64,000 nucleotides of DNA. It comes from Calcarisporiella thermophila CBS 279.70. Taxonomy: Eukaryota > Fungi > Calcarisporiellomycota. Below the pieces are notes generated by a model. The model saw only the letters and a list, made by a program, of their open reading frames with translations. It searched no databases and was not told the origin of the DNA. The stretch spans positions 21,557-85,556 of the forward strand of contig NW_027192232.1 of assembly GCF_041956535.1 (NCBI RefSeq), in the 5' to 3' direction. Positions 55,215 through 64,000 of this stretch are shown piece by piece (position 1 is the first letter of the stretch; each line of letters starts with the position of its first letter). A program made the position numbers and the translations under genes.

Positions 55215-56200
55215 TAAATTTACTTGTTCAAGTGAATTTCGAGCACTCTTTTAAAATATTCAACCAAAGTTTAGGTCAGATTAAGCTTAGGAAGTCTTGT
55301 AATTTCTATGGAAACCGTTTACTCATATGAATACAGTGGTTTTTTTTTTCATGGTACCAACTATATGCAAGTACTTTAGTTTCACCTAATGACCATTCGG
55401 AATTTTATGGTCAATTCCGTGTGAAATCGAATATACATCTACACTCATAGTACAGAATGAAGCATATACCTGTCCTGTAGCTGGTCTTAGCTGGAATTTA
55501 AGTGCGCTGGGTGTCTAGAGTAAGGGTGATCTTATTATCTTCAAACTCACTAACCTAAACCATTATTCACGTTATATATTTTGAATTGTCGTCCAACTTA
55601 AAGATTTTTACTAAAATACACCAGATTCCATAAAATAGTAGACAACATCGATCCTTTATTAATGGGGTTGGCATTTCATAACTACTTGGCATTTTAAAAA
55701 TCCTCCTAAAATATCCAAAGCCAATAATGTTTAGAAGGTTTTAATTATCCATTCTGAGCATTAAATTAAGCATTACGAGTTCATCCATTGCCTATAATTT
55801 ACCATGCCTTAGGCTCTCTCACGGGATGCTACTTATTTATAAACAAATTTGAACAAAGTATATCTACGCGTAGAAAGTAGCCTTTTACAATTTAAGCCTC
55901 AATAATCCCACAATTTTCAGATGTACTCTCGTTAATATAACATCATTGCGTGATTTACACGGTATTGATATCTGATATCCGAAATATGAATACTTTTTAC
56001 CAGATCGTTTTTATTGTTGTTCTACGCTGATAGACGGCAATGTATATATTAAAGGGATGATTATTTGTTTCAATATATACCAATTATCAAAAAATGACAA
56101 ACTATTAGTTTAATAAATCTTAAATCATCGCAAAATATTTTAAAAATAAAAGAATCATCGCATTATTTATTAACACAAACGCGAGTTTATTTGCATTACA

Positions 56201-57603
56201 CTAATATCCCGACATCTGCAACAGATGTGAGAACGCTCGTTCCCCGCTTAACTTGGAATTATCAATATACTGCCTTATCTCGTCAAGTTCAAACTGGTTG
56301 AGCTTCACATTCGCGGCCTCCTACCATGGTGTTATGTGTTTAGACCAAGCCAACCATCAACAACAAAACAGCAGAGTCACTTACAGAATTCTCTTCCAGG
56401 CGGCTGATACGACGTGTTCCGGGAATGGGGATTATAAGGTCGTCCTGAAGAGAGAGGGTCTCAGCCCAAAGTTTCGCGAGAAAAGCCGGCAAACTATGAC
56501 ATACCTGAGCCAGGGCCCACGCGATGCACAGCTGTGCAGCAGTGCAGTTCTTCTTCTTTGCTATCTCCTGGAACTTCTCAGCAAGCTTCAGGTTATGTTG
56601 GAAATTCTCCTCTTGGAACCGGGGCTGATTGTGGCGGAAGTCGTTTGGATCGAGATCTTGAGGACTCTTGATCGTGCCGGTAAGAAAGCCTTGACCGAGG
56701 GGAGAATAGGTCACCACTGAAACCCCGAGCTCTCGACAAGTGTCCAACATGCCATTTTTCTCAATATCAGTCGACCAGGGAGCTGATAATGGGTACATTT
56801 TGTGTATGTTCAGTGTATGAGAGCAAACTGTACTACTCAAGAAATCCCTTACAGTATTCCATCTGGACAGCAGCAATTGGATGCACCTTGTGGGCTCTTC
56901 GAAGAGTCTCGGCGCTACACTCCGATATTCCAAGGTACCGCACCTTCCCTTCTTTCACAAGCTCCGCCATTGCAGCCACTGTCTCCTCGATTGGCCTAGC
57001 GTAAAGAATGATTTGGGAACCGTAGTGAGGTTAGCTTTGAAATAGGATGGATGCCAAAAAAGTATTTACACTTCTGGATCAACCCGATGGAGGTAATAGA
57101 GATCGATGTAGTCAGTCCCCAGCCTTTCCAATGATTCCTGACATGCCTTCTTCACCACCTCTGGTTTTCCGCTCACACCGAGTTGTTGCTTCTGCATATC
57201 AAAGTAGCATCCGAACTTGGTGCAGAGAAACACCTCTTTACGGCGGTGCTTGAGAACTCGAGAAATAAGCTGTTCGTTGTGGCCTCCGCCATATATGTCT
57301 GGAAACACACCAAGCATTTGGTTATAAAGTACCCAATAATGAAACATCTGGAATCCGGCAAGACTTACTTGCAGTGTCCCAAAAGTTGATTCCCAAGTCA
57401 AGGGCCCGATTGAGGGTTTCCACGCTTTGATCGTCGTCAACTGCTTGATCAAATACTGGCGACATTGTCATGCAACCAAGGCCTAACAAAAGCAAGGCAA
57501 ATAAGCGGGGACATGGTTGCCTCGATCCAAATGCCTAGAGACTCCTACCAATAGCCGAAACTCTCTCAGAGGTATTTCCAAGCGTGCGGCGTGCAAAAGA
57601 CAT
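56201..57603 (-). CDS. Aldo-keto reductase (YakC/AKR13-like), multi-exon
   Basis: LGCM, FWDTA|[42 protein letters not shown]. Confidence 0.93.
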
Positions 57604-59756
57604 TTTTAGGCTGGATTTCTTTTTCAATAATGGAATGGTTTTGAATTAGAATAGTTCGCTCACCATGTGTGATGGGCAGTTTATATAGGCGCTGTGTGGG
57701 AGGTGTATACAAACAAGGACATAGCGAGACTCATCTCTTCGCTTGGAGGTCGTTACCACGAATATGTAGGTTTGAGGTTGAAGGGAGGGTTGATTGGGCA
57801 GGGTCAACGGACGGCGGTCAATTGAGCGAGTAATTCATACCACGAACTCGTCAACATAGACTTCAAATTCCGACGCTTTTCGAAATTTCAATTAGCCCAT
57901 TGCCATTTTGAGAATTGGATGTAACCCCACGTAAATCCTTGTGGCTTATGATCTACTACAACCAGAGAGCAGCGCTGTTTTAGTGCGTTGATTATTAATG
58001 TCCACTGTTATCACTGAGCCTATTAATGTCAAAATACGTCAATTTGGTGAACTCTGACGTGTTCGTTTTGTCCATATATGTTCTTTTCTAGCTGCGTATT
58101 CGTCGGGTTGAGGATCTTGATGATTAATAAAATTGACATAAGAAAGGATTAATGTCAGTGCACTTAGAAAATGATACCAAACGTGGTAGTGTTGGTGGGA
58201 AAGAAAATGACCAGATAATATAACATGAGATGTATTGATAATGGAAATAACAATTAAAATACCCCGAAATGACGAGTAATTTCTATATTATATTTATTAT
58301 TTGCTATGATTGCCATTAAAATTCAATTTGAAATTTGCTCTAGCTCTGGTGTAGAGATCTCTAGTATTACTAGCCCTAAAACTGATAGAGCACTTCAACT
58401 TCGAATTTTCAAATTGGATTCGAAATGAGAATGAATCAATGGTGACTGAATAACGAAAATATAGATGATTTCAGCTTCTTCAGTCCCAAAATTGAAATCT
58501 GAACCATCTACGTGGCCAAATCTTTATGATGCCGTCATGCATAGGTACTTTAATGCAAAGAGTATTGCATTTAGGGCAGATTTTTCTGATTATAATAAGT
58601 ATAGAGACGCAATCTGGCTGCTCAGATAATCAAGCCCAGGTTAGCGAAGAGGCAAGGAGTACATATATCTTGGTCAATTTTTACACACTGAAGCTTAAGG
58701 AGTGCTAAGAAATTCAATTATCTATTGGCCACAGTCATTTTTTTCTTCACTTGAAAGATTGAGGTATATGCTATCAGGTTTATATTCTATATCAGCAATA
58801 AAAACCCTCCCCTCGACTTTGACTCCTTATAAGATATTAGAGGGGCAAGTTTTAGCCCTTAGTATAGCTTCGGATAGCAAAAGTTATCATGGGTTTTCCT
58901 GATATTATGTGATATTATGAAACTTATACAAGGAAACGATATCGAAATATTTAACCTCGCGTTTACAAAATGTATAACTTTCTTTAATTAAAAGATGGAT
59001 CATGGGACGTGTTCTTTTCAGGATTTGCGAAAATTTTGTATACCTAACTTTACACTTCTATTGTAAGATTTCTCTAGTTACAACACTGGAATGCCAAGAT
59101 ATTCTTAACCTAAGAGTATTTGTTAAATCCTATAACACTAAGACTTCCCAAATACCTGAATGATCAACGCCCAATAAAAAACCGCTAAAAGAAAGCAAAA
59201 AAAAAAATTTGAGAGGTGAGTGCATTATTTTTGGAAACGTTGTTAGTATTGTTTAATTATTCAATATGGATTATTAAGTTTGTGTTAATCTGTCTTCGGC
59301 AAAGAGGATAATAGCCTCAAAATTTTAAGAGCTTTTTTCGAATTACGGCCGAAATTCAATCGTTCACACTCTATTTTTCTTGTATGCCACCAAACCAAAG
59401 GCATGCCTCACTGGGCAGTTTTAGACCAGAACACGAAACTTTTTTGAGTTTTTTCAAAATAACCCCATAGCCGAAACAGGTATTTGTTTTTTACAGCATG
59501 TTGTATGAGCAGCTTTCTTGTTAAATTTTCTACACTAGCTCATTTTTTCCAATTAATCGAGCACCTTTTGTTGAAACGTGGACTACTGATTTTACCTCTC
59601 CTTTTGATTGAGCCGTCGCAAACACTAGCATAAAAGCATAAAATAGCCTGAGTACTAATATATTTTATAAAAATACTCACATTTCTTGTGAGTCAATAAA
59701 GAATGCGTTTATAGAGATGAGGAACCATTTTTATCTCATTTATCAGGTCAACCCTC

Positions 59757-61720
59757 ATGGCAGCCTTGGTAATCCTTGTCATCGGGATTCATTTGGGTCA
59801 TTGAGGTGCTTTCAAATCAAACCATGTTTACTCCTCTCCTAATACTATTCAGCACAGCCAATTCTCGTGCGATGTATGTATATTTGAGCCGATGGGCAAT
59901 TTTGGGTAGGATTTTGGTTCAATTGCGACCTGTTCAAGCGGGTAAAGAGGAGCTCTGCAGAGCGTTTGGTGGAGAGTGCGGTACTGTTGATCCTGCGACT
60001 TTAGTACTGACGCTTTTAGTTACTTGTCTCACGGCAGATGCAATTATCAAACCAATATGGGATCACTTTCTTGGGGTATTCATGCGTTGGCGGACGCGCC
60101 AGATAATAGTATGGTACGCTGAGACGGAGACGGGTCGCCACGTACTAAGCCAATTACGCAAGGCACAATTAACATTTCTAGTAGATGCTGCGGCAGAGGC
60201 GTCTGCTCTGGTGCCATGGACACACACGTTTAACCACCCAAGTGGCTACGGTTTGCGCTCCCTCCGGGCAATCGCGCGATCACCATTGGCCAGTCTACAA
60301 ATAACCCTATCACTCCTTTTGGCAATTATATGGGGCCCTATTATCTGCTTAAGGGCAGTACTGAATAGGTTGTATGTTGAGCGTTGTGCTCAACACCACT
60401 GCGTCCCGATGCTATCTATTAGAGGAATTCATCACAATGCTACATGTATGCGCGGGCGTTGGCGCGATGCGTTTCTGCTTTGCGCTATGTCACTACTACC
60501 TGATGCCAGCAAATTGAGTTCCTTAGATAGCTTGGACGGTTTCTGCGCTGCATGGACGGCAACTTTGATGACAATTGGAAATCAACCGGAACAAGCTGCA
60601 GCAGCTGGTATATTGGGTTGGGCCGTTGCCGCAAGTCACGCAGCTGGTAAGTCCCAGTCACCAATTGTACTTGGTCGTGAGGCAGTGATTAGGTTTCCCG
60701 AATTATCGAAGCTGACAATGCATGGATTGGATTACGACGTCAGGTGGGTTGCTACTCTTCGGAATGGCACCATTGAGTCCACGCATGACAAAGGAGTGTT
60801 CTTAGTACAGTGGGACTATGCTTTCGACATGAATAACCTCGTTCTTAAAAACACTTGCCACTGCTGCATGGGTCCACACAGTGAATTGTCCAGTGCTAGC
60901 TATGCAAGGTAATCTTGATGCGTGGGGATCAGACATGGTACGCTTGCACATTGACATCTGGGGTGGTGGTGTCATAGAGAGCCCAATCATAGCGGCACTT
61001 CTGTTTCGGAGAGCAGTTCTGGCTTCTGGTCAATCTGAAAAGTGCGAAGAAGTAAGGGATGAGTTGGTCGTGAAGAATGATGCGCCCTGCTTATGGCGTA
61101 AAGTGATTCACTTCAGAGCACCCTGCATCATGGCCGCATCAAGGCAGATCACCTTGGAGCAAGATATGCTCTCTTGCTCTAGTGAGTGGGAGCCGCTGGG
61201 TAAGCTTTGGAGTTGCAAGGTGACACTCCCTGCCCAGAGGCAAGAGTGCACTGCACCTCCATTAGTGATCGGTGACGTTAGTGCTGACCTCAGTTCCCAA
61301 ATAGTCACATTCACACGGCAGCAACTAGATGCCAATTTTAATGAGCTCCAGAGACTGATAAGCACAGATGTGCGGCCATGGTGCGGATGTTCACGCCTAA
61401 TCGACCCAGTGTGTCCACACTGTCATTTAAATATTCTAGTTAAAGGCGAGTGGCATTGCCAAATGGCTGTGAGTCCTATGTTGCGGCAATATGTGGTGAT
61501 CACGAATACGTGGGAATCTTTTGAGTACGACAGAGTCAGTAGGTGTGGAGCAATCGCTTGCAGACGCGGCGAAGCCTGCATCACTGATCTGTTGGGCGTT
61601 GGGCGTCGGGAATTAGTGGTCGATGTGGAGTCAATACTTAAGAGTAAAGAGACTACGCAAGAAAATATATCGATATGGCTCAAAGCTGAAGGTCTTAAGC
61701 ATACAACGCAGCCTTGCTAG
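59757..61720 (+). pseudogene. Intronless W/C-rich orphan gene broken by apparent frameshifts (or two overlapping ORFs)
   Basis: ORFs 59776-60912 and 60881-61720 overlap in adjacent frames; the upstream ATG at 59757 is in a third frame; more GC-rich than the flanks. Confidence 0.5.
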
Positions 61721-62088
61721 TAAAATGATAATTCATAGCGTGATATTAATCAATGAAAAGTTTAGAGAGTTAGCAATTTAATACCACTGTATCTATAGTA
61801 CAGTGCTCCTCTTTTTCATAACCCATTCAGCTATTTTATTCAATTGCATTTTCAATAGTTATACTGAGAGAGAAAGTCCTCTTATCAATCGTCGATGCAT
61901 TATACATTCACTTCACCGCTGCTAGGAATAAAAGAGAAGAAGCAAGACCCCGATCAAAATCGCCACCTGATCATCGGTCTGTGTTCTAAGTAAGAAAGAA
62001 AAAAGAAAGATGGTTACATACATGACGTCGAGTCAGCGTAAAAACTCAACCGACATGAGAATATTTCAATGAGGGATACAACTGGAGA

Positions 62089-62310
62089 GTGAACGCTGAA
62101 ATCGTGAATGGAGTGACCGAAGAGGTGATGTGCTCAAAGTCGCCTTTTCTCTCAATTAGGAGCCGCAGACCGCACCTGGAGTTCACGAAAAAGTATTTAA
62201 ACTGGACTGTGGAAGATTGGAAGCGGGTAATGTCCCTACAAAAAGTCTTCTTAAGGAAATTGCTTAGAAACTTATGCCAAAATCGTAGGGTTCAATGTGA
62301 AAATATATAG
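62089..62310 (+). mobile_element. Tc1/mariner transposase fragment
   Basis: LEFTKKYLNWTVEDWKRV matches the Tc1 motif just before the DDE domain; degenerate. Confidence 0.65.
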
Positions 62311-62593
62311 AATTGCGGTAAAAATTGGCCGGTGGGTATTAGAAAATTGGTAGGTCACCATATAGAAAAGTCACGTGATTTTGCCCTCTTGGCTTTGAAA
62401 TTTGGATTTTGGCCTGAGAGTATTTCGTCAAATTTTGCTCGGCTGTGACCACCGGCCGGAAAAAAAAAAACTTAGAAAAAAATTTATCTTTAAAAAACAT
62501 ATCTTAATAAAATAAAATATTAAAGAGAATATAAAAGATCGTAATAATAAACTTTAATATTGAGTTATACGGTATAAAACTTGTTTTATAGAT

Positions 62594-64000
62594 TTATTCA
62601 CCAGAGATAAGACTAGTAAAGTGCTCCTTGTCGACGATATATGTCGTCCGTCCCTTTTGAATCCACCCGACACATCTATCCAGTACTGTCACTTCAACAA
62701 ATTCCCATGAGCCACGAGTGGTAAAGCTCCTAATATCATATCTATCACGCTCACATTTGCCTGCCCAGTGCACATATGCTAACATATGGTTTCTGCCTCG
62801 GTATATACGATGGAAATAAAACTAAGTATACATAGTTAATATTTAGTTCGAGGTTCATAAATTTTCAATGGAAGAAAAGACTGAGTATACTTACTTCAAC
62901 TTCTGCGTAAAGTTCTTTTTCCACCAATTCTTCAGGTCTTTTATGATACTTGGCATACCGGTCAATAAGCATTATAGCCTATAAATAATATAGTACAATG
63001 GATAATGTTAATAAGATACATTATTTCTAATTATTTGGATACAATTTTTTCGAGCTTATGTCAATAATAAACTTACAGCAACTGTATAGTTAATGCATCT
63101 GAAATCATCGGAATATTTACGACATTTCTTCGAGCCCAGGATGTGCCCATCCTTTGTTCGGAGTCTGCCGTATTGAAAGCCTGTTCTTGGGACATCCTAT
63201 AATGAAATAACAACTATTACTTGATTGATTCAGCAAGAAGTTTTAGCAATACAAAGCTGACCTTCACTTCAGAAAGTGCTATTTCGTGGAAAGTAGCATA
63301 ATGTTCTCTGAGACGGCGATATTCCAGTTCGTCTAGCATATATTTCCTTTTGGGCCAGTATAATTCCTCCACATAATCGGGTAAACCCAAGATGTTATCT
63401 AACACCCATGAGGCAGAGGAATTTCGAACCATAGAGGTGAAGGAAGAGTTAAATTGAATATGATTTAATTGCTCGCGTAACTTCACTTGGTTTGTAAGCG
63501 AAACGTATGGATGAGTTTTTGATCTAATTCCACAATCAGTGGAGAAAAATTTTATAGTTGGTTATTAAATAGACCATATACTAGAGATGGCAGCAGAATA
63601 TCATACCTTACCAAAGGAATAAGCATGCCGCAATATCTTTCCATAGGAAATTGCCAGAATGACCAAGGTGGACCATAATCCTGGATAGAATCGGCAACAT
63701 GCAGGAGATAGTGGAAAACAATCCGATGGGCGGATAGAAGCTCGATATTGTTTCCAGAATACTCGCTAAATTGCCCAAAATCAAAATCACAAAATCAATA
63801 ATAGAAGCTTTACGATATAATCCAAACGAAATATACCGCGTGTAGTGGTGATAAAACATGTGTAATTTTTTACGTATCTCCTGAACATTTTTGCCTGTTA
63901 GGGTCCAAGAAAGACAAATTCTCACGGCTGAGACGAATTGATACCAACCGCTCATGACACTAGAATTGATCAATGAATATAGTTAATAGCAAAGTGACTT
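62594..64000 (-). mobile_element. CACTA/EnSpm-like transposase region, partial (continues off the window)
   Basis: HVADSIQDYGPPWSFWQFPMERYCGML (tnp2/DUF4218-like), KTHPYVSLTNQV, LDRCVGWI..TYIVDK; interrupted by introns. Confidence 0.7.

Overview
Intron-rich fungal DNA, most likely from an early-diverging (non-Dikarya) lineage such as Mucoromycota, judging by a true Ral GTPase alongside velvet and Zn2Cys6 genes. Conserved genes: VPS26, a PSR1/SCP-type CTD phosphatase, SEC16, RPT6, Ral, a VosA-like velvet factor, TBCC, MAS2, an Rds1/ferritin-like protein, an MFS permease, an aldo-keto reductase, tRNA-Gly(TCC) and three Zn2Cys6 factors. The most striking feature is at about 22.5-30 kb. An STE3-type pheromone-receptor GPCR is flanked by three intronless secreted paralogs that I cannot assign to a known family. 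All three share a signal peptide / C-x24-C module / variable linker / C-x25-C module layout, and two have Kex2-type sites in the linker. A divergent, intronless STE12 follows immediately. This is a candidate receptor-ligand-effector signalling or mating locus. Also present: a second unassigned secreted pair with a QIG motif and C-x12-CP loops, a stand-alone gag/dead-protease ORF, a possible 40-aa zinc microprotein, a frameshifted orphan gene, and Tc1 and CACTA relics at the right end. Exon boundaries were inferred by eye, and no database searches were run.
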